A stretch of 64,000 nucleotides of DNA from Bigelowiella natans CCMP2755 (Eukaryota > Protista > Cercozoa): NCBI GenBank assembly GCA_000320545.1, contig ADNK01003464.1:1-64000 (forward strand), written 5' to 3'. Within the stretch, counting starts at the first letter, position 1. Each line of letters starts with the position of its first letter. Of this stretch, positions 42,174-55,638 are shown piece by piece. Below the pieces are notes generated by a model. It made no database searches and was not told the origin of the DNA. It saw only the letters and a list, made by a program, of their open reading frames with translations. A program made the translations under genes and the position numbers.

Positions 42174-43694
42174 AGGAAACAAGATAATGAAACAGCGTGG
42201 TGGTGGTAGCAGAGGAATATGGGAAGCAAGTAATGAAATGAATCACTAAATAGCTTCGACATATAATGATGCACATTTAAAAGTCTAACACAACCACAAC
42301 AGGAGTATCCAAGACGCAAACATCACAACCACAACCACTACCAGGAGCATCCAAGACTCAAATATCACCATTACATACTGCTGTCAAGCTACTCAAAGTC
42401 GATATTCCACCAAATTATCTACCCAATGCTAATAATAGCGTGGAGCTCACTTCTGGTGCTACTTCTCCTAAATTATCACCATTGCCACCATCTTCATCAC
42501 ATCATCATCATCGTCGCGTCCATTCTGATGAAGATTACTCAAAGAATAAGTTCTCCAAATCGATGCCAGCTCTTAATCGGTGCTAGTCATAATAACTTGA
42601 CAACACACATCACACGTATAATATCACAGCACATCTAATCTAAGGAGTTATGAGTCTACAATATTAAATCAGACATTGATGTTTGTTTGTCAGGTCATCA
42701 TCACCGTTGAGTTTTGTGAGCAGCAGCTATAATAACGAGAATAAAATAAGCAAATCCTTTGTGGAAAGAGTACGAGAACAACGCATGCAAAAGATTTTGA
42801 AAGCAGAAAAACATTACTTCAAGGGAGGAGGACAAGATCTCCCAGACGCTCAGAATTTCACGTTCTCCACATATACTGACGATAGCGAACCTAAAGTGCT
42901 CCGACCAATAGGAAGTCCGGCAGCAGCAGCTGTGCGAGTGCGACAACGAAGAAATGGACAGCACCATGGTCACAACACAGACTCTGGAGTTGTTCCAGCA
43001 TTATCTCATCATGGGAAACAGCCTACTAGAAGGCTCTTTGCATCTGCATTGATTCAGTACAACGTCAACGATGCGTAATATTTAAACATCATAACTTACA
43101 TCCAATTCATTTCATCTATTTTTCTTCTCTTTTAAATAGATATATTATAGTCTTTTTAGATTTGTCACGTGACGACTACATCTACAAATGATGTGTCTCA
43201 GACGTGCAATTAGTACCTACTTGATCAGCATAATACTAGATGAAATTTGCATTAGTAGTGGTAGCAGTAGTTAGTAGTAGGAGTAGTTTTGTAATATGAC
43301 AGAACAATAATTAGCACTCAAAATCTCTTACAAAAAATTATAGGTATTTACACCTTGAATATGTTTTGTTTTTGTTTCTACGTTTATTCTGGCTATACTA
43401 CTATGCTTGCTAATGACAATGCATGCATTGTGTTGTAAAGCTACCCTTGGAGTGAATGGCGAAATCGCAAATGGAAATCAGGAAAATGTGGTCCTTTTGA
43501 TCCTAAATTAAGTCCTTCTCGTATTCTACGGAACGTAAGAACTGCTATGAAGGCTAAGCGTGCTCGAAATCGCATTTCGGAGTCAATGCAAGATATTAGG
43601 CAAACAAACGGCATTCAAGAATGGTTCCAAAAGAGAGGTACTAGTGGCTCTACTCACTGCTACTGCTACGACTGACTACTCACTGATACTACTA

Positions 43695-43740
<46 letters not shown>

Positions 43741-44215
43741 GACTACTATTACTACTGCTACTGCTACTACTATCGTAGTTCTATCTGTACTGTACAATAG
43801 TAGTACTACTACCACTACTACTACTATTACTGCTGCTGCTACTACTATCGTAGTTCTATCTGTACTGTACAATAGTAGTACTAATTGCTGCTGCTGCTCC
43901 TCCTCCTCCTATTAATTGCTGCGTACTCCTCCTCCTCCTCCTCCTCCTCCTCCTCCTCCTCGTACTACGTACACTACTAGGGAAACGTTTTCCTATGCAT
44001 GTTCCTGAGGACGTGGAAAGATCAATGAAAGAAATCTTCTGTATGATTGATGAAGATGGAAATGACAATATTGAGATCGACGAGCTGCAGCACGCATTAG
44101 CTAAGCTATGTATTGAAACCAAAGCAGATGACGTGCAAAGGCATCTCTCAAAGATTGATTCCAGCTTCAAGAGTAAGTATAGACGACAACTGTTAAATTT
44201 ATTTATTTTTTACAC

Positions 44216-44253
<38 letters not shown>

Positions 44254-44745
44254 ATTACTAGTTTTAAAAGTATCTTCTCTGTTTTGATTTTAAAACTCCT
44301 CAAATTGAAGATTCTGACAATATGTGCATTGGGAATATGATGTTGTTTAGATAGTAAAAGCTTCGACTTCCAGATGTTTATGACAGCCTTGCACAGAGGT
44401 GATGAGTGGGATGCTCTCCTAGCAACAAAGAAGGAGCATCAGCAAGAATGTGCAAAAATTGCAAAGCGATTGCAAGGAGATCTAGAGAGAGCAGCATTTA
44501 GAGTTTCACTCGCAAGTAAGTAAATGATGGCCATGAAGATGATGTGTGGTGGTGGTGGTGGTGGTGGTGGTGGTAATGAAAGAAGATGTAGAACAACAAA
44601 TTTCGAAAAGAAAGGAACGTATATAAACAGAGGTGTAAGGATAATGATTCATTTTCTCTACTACAACAACTTCTAGATTTTCTTCTTCTTATGGTGCAGG
44701 GTGGTGTATCCCTGTTTATGCTGCTGCTTCTTTCCTCCTCTCTTA

Positions 44746-44778
<33 letters not shown>

Positions 44779-45318
44779 CACTACTACTACTACTTTGAGA
44801 GGGCAAGTATCATTCACTCTTCTTTTTTTAAAGATATGAATCATGCGAGGCAAGCAGCAACATCGGTTGGTCGCTCAAGAAGAGAATCAACTATTCTTGC
44901 CTCTGCTAGTGATGGTGGTGGTGGTGGTGGAAGGGGGGGTGGCGGACATCAAATGACGAAAGTTGGAGCAAACAGTCAAAGCATTAACAAGCACATTGTA
45001 CCATCATCATCATCATCATCATCATTTTCCCATCCTTCCGCACTATCTACCACCCGCCAAGCTGCTGCTGTCAGGCCTTCAATATCTCGCAGATTTTCCT
45101 CATGCCAAGAAGACCCAAGGTGTTGTGTATGCATTAGTAGTTTCGCACGATTAATATTAGTTACGTCTATGTGATATGAGGTTGTTGAGGTTGCAGTAGT
45201 AGTCGTCGTCGTAGTGGTAATAGTAGTATCAACCGCACAATTACAGCATGATTCCAAGAAAACGATAGGGTCAATGTGAGTCATCTTTTTGTTCTTTATT
45301 CAAATGAGTGTGATGTGT

Positions 45319-45363
<45 letters not shown>

Positions 45364-46879
45364 GCCCTTGATTCACGCCATGGGAATAGTTGCTAGCTAT
45401 TTCATGGGAGGAGACCAAAAGGAATAATAATAATTGATACTTCCATACAATAATATACCTGATAATACATCAACTATCATACTTAACGTCCGTATCTATC
45501 ACGCCAGCTACCAACAAGTTATAGCTCGTCGTCGCGCAGAGAAGGCCAAGATAGTAGCGAAACAGGTTCCACTTGGTGGAATCCCCTTCCATTTATGGGT
45601 ACCTGCATTCTATCGAAAGAAACAAATAAGCAGCGTCATATCTCACGGCCCCCAGTTCTTGGAGGATAAGGTCAAGAAAATGCTGGTTACGCCTCAAGGA
45701 GGACGACCATGGGAAAGTCCGGGTGAACGGATGTTTGAAGGATTCTATCTCAAAGATTCTCCTGAGGAGGAAGAGAAGGAGGAGGAGGATTCTGCTGCCA
45801 ACTTCACGTACGTGTGTAAATATAACAAACATATTTTATTCAGTGCCTAAGGTGACGGTGGGATGACAACTAATAAGAATGAAACAATTAGGGATTGATG
45901 GTTCTGAAATAAATCTTTCTTATCTTTCTTACTTAGTAGTGGTAATTGTAGTTCTAGTAGCAAGTTCCTTCATCATTTGCTGCCTTGTTAGGTACAACGG
46001 AGCTATATCCAAATCTCTACCCCTCAATCAAAAAAGAGGACGTTTGCTTAATGGCGGCAATACAACAACAACAACTACTACTACTACTACTGCAAGTACC
46101 AAGTGTCGTAGTAGCGGGGCATTATCTCGTACAACTTGTAAAACACGCAGTCGTTCTCCGGGTACTGTTGCCAATTTGCGCAAGGTTGGAACCAGGAGCA
46201 CATTATCTACAAAACCTATATTGAAGCGATATCCTGGCAAAAATAGGTAATAACAGTTCTTACATGAATTACCTTAGGAGGAGGAGTGTTTCAATAATTG
46301 CTGTGGTGGTGATGGTGGTGGTAGTGGCGGTGGTGTAGCCATGCTTTGCTTTACGATAAATAAGATATACAGCTTGTACGTACGCAGGGGTTATTCAGTG
46401 CAATTGTGTTGCGTTTTATTTTGTGAGCGTGGTTGTTTGAATGCGCGTGCACACGTATGTAATTAACTTTATATGCCTAGTATTTCTCTATTCGTCAATG
46501 CATTTTCTGATGATCTTCATCTGGTGCGTGCGTCAAGATCTCCATTTGGCAGATTTGATAGATTTAACGAAACTAAAAATAAGCCCAAGAAGATGACGTT
46601 CAAGAATACATTCAGCGCAAGGGTCAGACGAAACCTTAAAAAGGCTACATTTTCGAATTTGCCAAGAGCAGAGTTGCAGGCGCAGTGGCGGATAACACAA
46701 GATCGTGTGGCTGGAGTACATTTAGTTTCTAGCAGTAATAGTGGAGATATTAATCATAACAATAAAAGCAACAAAGATGATGATGTGGGACCTTCCACGA
46801 CCAGCACAAGTAGGAATACTAACAGGTCGTCCTCAAAAGCAGCTACTGCGCCACACAAAAATAGGAAATATGGGAGACA

Positions 46880-46911
<32 letters not shown>

Positions 46912-47096
46912 CCGGTCTGGATCATCAAATTTCTGCTTCTTCTCGAGATGGCAAGCATCGTTTAGAACCAACGGTGAAAGCTGCAGCTGGTAGCGGTATT
47001 GCAAGTAATTCATCACCATCTGCGACAGCAGATCGGTTACATTCTGCTTCTACCACAGAGGCGTCGTCATCGTCTGGACCGGAAATACGAGAATAA
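41834..47096 (+). CDS. EF-hand-containing protein of unknown function; multi-exon, start approximate
   Basis: SMKEIFCMIDEDGNDNIEIDELQHALAKL..VQRHLSKID/..SFDFQMFMTAL; later IPFHLWVPAFYRKKQISSV; last exon ORF 46473-47096; GT-AG bounded exons. Confidence 0.72.
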
Positions 47097-47099
47097 ATT

Positions 47100-47291
47100 A
47101 TCCCAACAACATGCTGACGATGCGTTGTTTACCTAGCTGCACATTAGCTCGTGATGTCTTCTCATAAGGATCGATGATCACTGGCTGATCATTGTCCATC
47201 ATCAATGCGACACAACCTTGACATCTCACATCTACTATGCATTGATGATGCATGGCTAGATGATTTGGAGTCGTGGACAATGATCAAACTG

Positions 47292-47322
<31 letters not shown>

Positions 47323-47850
47323 CAGTAGCCACAAAATGACAGCCAGGCAGCACTTCACATGTGTCATATTGTCATCTAGTCATACACATGATTCACAATA
47401 AGATGATGCATGAATGTCGCGCAGTTCATGTAACGCTCATGCATATGTGCTGTGTGTGTGTGATGACGACTGTGCGACTTGGATTGCTCATGTTGTGACT
47501 GTACGATTTGCATTGCTGGTTCCGCTTTGTGTACGCTATCATCATCACATCATCATCATGTCTAGATGTGGAACGAAAGCATGTAGTGCAGCTCTAGACC
47601 TACACGTGCAATAGCTAGAATAGCTAGATAGAGATAGGGATCACACATTAGGTTGTCGCGTACAAAGCAGGTCATGTGCATATATATAAGCATGCGCCTT
47701 ATTATCCTCCGTGTCGTATCGCTCATCACTGTGTTGGCTGCTATGTCGTGTCGAATAAGATGCATTGCAAGCACCGTACAGCATGACGACCTTATCGTTG
47801 TGATGGGGCGACGACGCATATATGCTGCTGCTATGCTGCTCTAATTATGT
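47100..47850. other. Partially TpA-depleted spacer between convergent genes
   Basis: Enriched in CATG/TGCA/CTAG with reduced but not absent TpA. Confidence 0.55.
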
Positions 47851-48387
47851 GTCCTGCTCCATCACCGATTCCTAGATTAGAGAATCTACAACACTCTCCT
47901 AGTTATTTGCTTACCAACTAATAACGTATTTGTCAACAACAATGTCATCACAGCACCGACCAATGTGTTTTTATAGATATAATAAACGTTATTTATTTCA
48001 TTCGTGCTACCATTATTGCTTATTTCATGCTTAAAAACTCGACTTATGAACATCTAGCTAGATGCATTTATGAATGTACAATGTTTCCCCCTCCTTTTCC
48101 TTCTACGTACTGACTACTTTGCCAAAGAGAACCAAAGCTACTTGCTGGTACCATCAATATGCGGTATAACCGGGGTATGGGACATAAGTTGAATCGAGTT
48201 CTCCTGGAGACCTGTTTGACAGTTGTTAGATGCATGTATGATGATAAAAGGCATGTAAGCAACGTAACCATTGATGACTCAAAACTCGAATAATAACATG
48301 GTGACGTCCGGTAGGTTGATATTATGATTTAAGTTTGATGAGATCAGCAAGTGATTGGTTCATCACGATTCGTGTATCCCGACAAAG

Positions 48388-48429
<42 letters not shown>

Positions 48430-48555
48430 ACGCGCAAATATATAGATGCAAAAATAAGTATTCTTCTCGGTGTCGTTCTTGTTCCTATTCTCGATGTTAT
48501 GAATTTTGTTGTTGTTGTTGTTGTTGTTCGTCTTTTCATCGTCATCATGATGATA

Positions 48556-48808
48556 CTACATTTGTACTGGAGCAGGAAGTGCCTCGCAATTAGACCCCAA
48601 TCTCGGTATGTGCAGGTAGGCGTCTGTACCGAATCCCTCCATGGAACTTAACGTTATATCTCCTAAAAAGTAGGAACACTAATCATTAGACACACAAAAA
48701 AAGAAAGAAAGAGAAAGAGAAAGGAAGAAAAAGAGATACACAACATAACAATAATAACACTAGTACACTCCTTACTCTTTTTTAGTTTCCACAAGTGGTT
48801 TGTTTATG

Positions 48809-48860
<52 letters not shown>

Positions 48861-49163
48861 GGGGGGAGAGAGGGTTGTTCTCCTTTGATTAAGAAGATCT
48901 TCTGTTCTCGGCCTATTTCTCTCTACTATTTATTACCTCCAAAGTATCTAGCTAATAGTCTATTTCTCTCTACTATTTATTATTACCTCCAAAGTATCTA
49001 GCAAATAGTCGGGATAACGGCAAGCCTACACCGTACCCAGCAAGAGCACTTGGAGGTAATAGCACATTAGAACCCGACGATGATCCATCGTTTTGTCGCT
49101 CATCTATTATTCAAGAATCGTCTCATGATCAAAACATAAACAACAACAACGAAAACAATACAC

Positions 49164-49198
<35 letters not shown>

Positions 49199-49970
49199 CC
49201 TATTTCATCATCATCATCATCATCCTCTCTCTTTTTGTTAATGCATCATCAGTTCCCACATTGACAAGTGAGAAATTAAGATACAGTCATGTAGACTCTA
49301 CTCTACTAGTAGTAATTCTGGTATTCTTACCTCTTATAAGGTTAACCCATTGACCCATCTCCTCTGAGCTATGAAGGCCCTTTGGGGAAGAAGAAAAAGA
49401 ATAACAACAAGAATAATAAGACGCAATAGAAGAATATGGATCATGTAATGATCATTTAGATACAAATACAAATAACATGCTACTACTATTACTATTATAC
49501 ACTTCTTCTTGTTACATCTTTTGATTCAGAGTCTGGTGCCTCCGCAGTCGAGTGGAAGAAATTCCATATTGCCTGTTTTATTATTATTCTTGTTATTGTT
49601 GTTATTATTATTATAACAATATAACAACAGCAAAAAATACATACATTCCAAATATTGTTACAGGCAGCATTCTCTATGGCATCATCACCATCATCATCAT
49701 CATCATCATCATCATTATCATTATACCACCACCTTTACCTTTATTTCTGAACGAGGAATTCCTCCGCCCTCATCAATCACTTTGATCGTGATGTCTTCGT
49801 ATCCCGCAACGAAGACGACTTTAATAGGAGGAAGTGCCAAAGCTGCTGCTGCTGTGTTTATCCCAACTCCTTTGAGCTTGTGCATATGCGCCTCTACAGT
49901 AGCTCTCATAGAGTTCTTCAAAATCTCCGTCAGCATATAGTGAAGGTGGTGTGGTATATATCTGTTGTTG

Positions 49971-50001
<31 letters not shown>

Positions 50002-50414
50002 CAGTAGTAGTAGTAATTGCATTAATAAGGTGACGGCAGCAAGTAAGTACGATTCTCATTGTAGGTGATGATAATGATAATGATGATGATAATAGAACTA
50101 CTCACGTGAAGTGCATATCGTCGGAGAAGCTTGCCGTTGGGGTATGAAAGTTAACCCTGGGGGCAATGTCTGATGATGATGATCATGATGATGATGATGA
50201 TGATAAATGATGATTATGATAACGATGACCACGAATATTATAATTATAATAATGATAAGCGTGTGGATTTGGGGAGATTTGCGAAAACAGTACAATCTCA
50301 AACGCATAGAAAACACACACGCATATATTGCATACATAAAAAATATATATATCGTTGGCACCTTTATGCTGCCTGCATAATTGCGTGGCATCCTCTGCAG
50401 CACGCTGATACGAG

Positions 50415-50486
<72 letters not shown>

Positions 50487-50650
50487 AGGGAATAGTCCTC
50501 AAAGTCATCATCATCATCATCATCACCATCCCAATCTATCAGCAGCAGCACCAAACGCCGTTCTACTACTTCCACAGCATTGTCCGTTGTAGCACTACTC
50601 CTATTACTACTAGTTATAGAAAAAGCTTCTCTTTCAACGTCGTCTACCAT

Positions 50651-50686
<36 letters not shown>

Positions 50687-51084
50687 GAGTTGTTTATTGT
50701 TGTTTAGTGCATGATCCTAAACAAGTAGATTATGATGCCCCTCCTCACAATGATCATCCTACTACAAGACCTACCTGGGCTATATGTACAGGGTTGCAGA
50801 AGGACTCAATTACACCTGTTATCATACAACATTCAAGCAGTATCATGCGGTGCTTTGTGCTGTTAGTACTGTGATTAGAAGTACCTGAGAAACCCGACTT
50901 ATACTCCGCACTTCCAACAAATTGCTCGATGATAAAACGAAGGCCTAGAGATAATACATGACAACCAAGGGTGGATTGTACAGAGTAGAAGAAGAATAAC
51001 ACATAAGAAGGTGACATTCTCTTTAACGACGTCGTTTAAAATAGAAGTTGTGGTGGCTTGAGAAGTCTAACGAGAGGAGATGTA

Positions 51085-51124
<40 letters not shown>

Positions 51125-52491
51125 TACGATACGATATGGGAGTGTCGTGACTTGAAGTGATTCTGCTGCTATTGGTGTAGAACGAAGGAATGCAAGTAGA
51201 GGCAATCGTAGTAGTTGTAGTAGAAGGAAGTCGTGTGTTTGCTTAAGTTGCAATACCAATGCGTGCTGTGAAGAACCTAACTAGAACTAAATCAACTAAT
51301 CTGCGAAAGTCCTCGATTTCCTCCTTGCTTATGCTTCTTTTGGCCTGTGATGATAGTGATATAAGTAGAATCATTGGTGGTGGTGGGATTTAATTATCGT
51401 TGTTTGGGTGATGATTTTGCATCATGCTGCTGCTACTACTACTATTACTTGTATGACTCCCAACGCCATTGTCTGAACGACTTCTGTGTTGTCCTGTCAA
51501 TAGTAGATATTCACTCGATCAGTATATATTTACTCACAATTAACATAAAGAAGAACAAAAAAGAAGAATAAGAACAAGATGTTGATCATTGTGGATGTGT
51601 ATGTAATAATCACAGCACCAACAGTGTATTATGAGCGACAGCAGCAGCATAGTTGTTCTATTCAGGTGGACAACAAACAAGTGAGTTGAAGATTATTAAA
51701 ATGCTACAACCCACCTGGAGAAGATACTTCATATATCTTTGAAACATCTGGTGGATGGATGTGGTACGTAGTAGTAGTAGTAGTAGTAGCAGTAGTAACA
51801 AAAGATAGGAAGTAGGAGGAGGAAGAATCATAGGGTTGTCAAGAACCATATTACAATGATGATAATATCAAGCGATGATGCTGCACGACTATGCATTCGA
51901 ATCAGGATAATGAAATGATAAATAATGAAGAACAACCATCGTTTGTAGAACAGAAGCAACAGCAATGAGTGACTAACTAACAAACTACTTGAAAGCAGAA
52001 CGTATGATGTATGATGTATTATTACATCGACTTGATCATCCGTTGATGGAGGGTCCATAGTGAGCAGATCCAACACATATGAAGTGTAGTTATCTATAAC
52101 CTCTCGGACACCGTGACTGTGTGTTATATATACTACAATTCTCAGTAAAAATAATCCGTATATGAGCAACACAAATCATGGGTGAGTGTTAATGGAAAAG
52201 TGCAAGATGGAGAGCGATATCGGTAACAACTTAATGGTAGTACAGGTGCTTGCTACTCTCCTAGTTTAACAACCACGTTATTGATCCATCCCACCTTTCG
52301 GATAAGCGAAATGGTAAGCATCGTAGCTCCATAACACGCTGTGACACTCTGATAGGAACTTCTCTATGCAAAAACTGTGCGTGGTGTAATCTAAGAGAAG
52401 GATCTTGGCCGAATCTATATAACTCCTATTAAATCATTGCGGGAAAAGTAATAGGAAGTAAGCAGAGACAGGCCCCTTTCTTACGGTGAAA

Positions 52492-52524
<33 letters not shown>

Positions 52525-52963
52525 GAGTTGTGGGGCTACAAAGCAGCAGCCAATCCCATTTGAATAACTACGTGAATCATCTAATGAGACAAGAGTAGTA
52601 CGGTGTCGTCGTCGTCGTTGTTGTTGTTGTTGTTCCAACTACTACCTTGAGAGATACTGGGGTAGCTTTCTTGGTAGCCTGAAACAAGTAAATATATTCA
52701 TAGTATGTCTTTAACTTATGTATTATATTTGTGCTAGCACGAGTTGTCTGTGTGTTGTCAGTGTGTTGTCTGTGTGTTGGATGAGTGCAGATGCAAGGCA
52801 ACCTCCTGCACCTTATTTACTACAAAGACTGCATCGTGAAATATCAGCAACAACCCACCAGCGCACCCAGAATGACATCAACATTCTTTGACAAAGCTTT
52901 TCTCCTTATTACAGATGATGCGTGGGATGCATTTGGAACGAGACGCTCTAGCCATGTCCGCAT
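48556..52963 (-). CDS. PDK: Mitochondrial pyruvate dehydrogenase kinase / BCKD kinase family protein; multi-exon
   Basis: ATPVSLK/ELYRFG..AQFLHREVPIRVSQRVMELRCLP, GLRFIIEQF, YIPHHLHYMLTEILKNSMRATVE, ITIKVIDEGGGIPRS, LAGYGVGLPLSRLFARYFGG/DITLSSMEGFGTDAYLHIPRLG. Confidence 0.93.
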
Positions 52964-53834
52964 CTGTTGTGTATCATTCGAAAGCAGCAAATGTTTGTTG
53001 TGCTTTTGAACCCTGTTGCTGGAAGTAACCATACGATGATAATGTATCGTGTGGATAGAGAGTGAAAAATGGATTCTTTCTGAATGTATATTGTAGGAAC
53101 TGAACGAATACATTCATGTTTGCATTGGTTTCAACTGAATTCTATTACCGCCATGTTCATATGGGACATCGGCATGATTTCCGTAGTGTAGCAGCAGGTT
53201 CTGCAAGGGTCTTGTTCGACAAATGAAAAGGATTTATTCCCACGCGCAAGGTAATAAGTGGGGTGGGGGGACAAATTACCGACGGAAGAGCGGATGAAGG
53301 GTGTGCCACCGGATTGCACCTCAGCCGAATTAACTTAACTTTAACCGCTGCCGAGAAACTAAAAACTCAGGATTTATACGCGAAAAATATTTCCCAAGAG
53401 AAAGCGATGTGAATAGCAGGGTATGCAATAAGAGCGACAACAATTGATTCTTGTCGCTGTGAGGTCAATCTTCACTGAAATCCAGGAATACACGAGAAAC
53501 ATCCCACGAGAGTGTGCATGGGGTAGGAATTCCTACGAGTGTTAAAATGGTAGTTGGGTAGTTGTTGTTGGACCTAGTACTGGCAATCTTGTCTCCTTTC
53601 ATCGTTGGACCGGCAATGATAATAAACACTTACAACACATACAACAAAAAACTTTACTCCTCTCCTTCTCGAAAGATGATCTGACCATTTTTGCCAGTGC
53701 CATCCATTCTACATACAGACATCACACTCTGGTTGTCGCAGTAGGAAAATCCTATGCGCACATGTTTCCTTTCGTTTTCTTTCTTTTTCTTCTGCATCTT
53801 TTGCTTTTTGTTCTACTTCTTTTGGTTTAATTGT

Positions 53835-53838
53835 TTCT

Positions 53839-53870
<32 letters not shown>

Positions 53871-54720
53871 TCCGCCGTTTTCACTGGCGACAGGAGTCGT
53901 TGAGACAAATTGGCGACCTTTCGGTTTGGAAACGCCAGGAAGGAACGCACTCGATCAACATTGTTTTTTGTTTTTCCGGCGTGCACCATGCACCACTGGA
54001 ATCAATTTGTTCGCGCAAAGCTTTGGAAACGCAGTCGATAAATGGAGTCTTTCTGTTTTTCTTGCTTTGACTGGTTCACTTGCCGGTGTGCGCAACTTGC
54101 AGCAAGATCCAGAGACGACACGCACAGACACACACACACACACGCACGCACAGTGCACAGTTGCACACGGTTCCTCACGTGCTTCAAATGAATCATGTTA
54201 GCTCGTCGTGTGCGATCACATGGCTGGATCACGTTGCGTGCGTGCTAGCGTGACGAACTAGCGAAGCGGGCTCAGTCTGGACCGATGGAGGGTGTTTTTT
54301 CGCACTCTCATCCAGCAACGCGTCGTGTGAATCTGGCTACGTTTCTGTGATGACTGTGTGATGGACACAGCAATGGTGTGTTGCATGTCCATCATCTGTG
54401 TGGTTTTGAGGTTCGCACATGCAACAATCCTGGAATTCACAAAGGTCATGGACACATGATGCAGTCATGCGCGCCATGCAGGTACAACTGACTGTCAGCT
54501 CTAGAGCGTGATCGACGCACGCCGCATGCGCATGCACATGCATGCAACACGAAGGTCTCATGATCCAGATGGACCGACTCACAGCTCTAGCTAGAGCTCA
54601 CACTTGTTCATCCATGACACAGTTTGAGCACACTTCAAAATCACAGCGAAATGAATCGTGGCACCTAGCAATCTTAAGGATGGCTAGATGGGTGCGTACA
54701 AATGGTGCATCTATTCGACA
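53835..54720. other. TpA-depleted intergenic island 4
   Basis: TpA mainly as CTAG (54245, 54258, 54501, 54587, 54591, 54665); TGCA/CATG-rich. Confidence 0.85.
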
Positions 54721-54733
54721 AAGACTAATGCCA

Positions 54734-55531
54734 TCAAGGTTTTTCTTTCCGCATACCAGCAGCACCTTTGTCATTGCCGTCATCTTGATTCTCTTTAAAG
54801 ACTTGTGCGCTGTCCCCAATAAGCACTCCTGTTAGAGAACGCCTACGCACTATTATACCATAATACCTAAAATGTAGCAAGATAGGGGTGGAGAAAGTAG
54901 CAATGACAAAATGCCGTAAGTAAACATTAAAAGCATTCAATCATCATAATATTCAGTCAAATCCTGTAAGCCAGATAAAAGGACATAGACATCCACGGTG
55001 CAAATAACTTCATCAGGCGTATTACTTCTTATACCCTGGTCATCATTATTGTAACAACAAAATCTTCACCCACCATCCGCCGCTGTTCATTCGCCATAAT
55101 TCTTAGTATTATTTTCTAGTACAGTATCTGAAGCAAGAGCCCTCCGTTGAGAAATAGCGCTGTCATATAGTTTATTAACAAAAGAAAATCGCCCCCCGCT
55201 AGCCTAAAACACATTACGAGAAGCTAATTAAATCCAAAGAAGGGCGATGATTCAAGTCCATAATACAGTATGTAAATAGCGATTATACGAATGGAGTAGT
55301 CATGAATGGATATGATGCCCACTCACTGAGAAGTGGTAAATAGTCGAATTAAGCATCCACCACACGATAGTGCTGCAGTAATAGGAGAGTATCCTCCAGG
55401 GTCCTTTCGAAGAAAGTTCTGCTTTAGCTGTTATATCAAGACCAAGCAACAGATAAGGCGTCGTTATCTTCGAGCAATCACCTCTTGCATAGAAACCTCA
55501 ATATTTTACCCAGAAAATATGGATGTGTGGA

Positions 55532-55576
<45 letters not shown>

Positions 55577-55601
55577 GATAAATGAAGAGCGCGGGCGCGC
55601 A

Positions 55602-55638
<37 letters not shown>

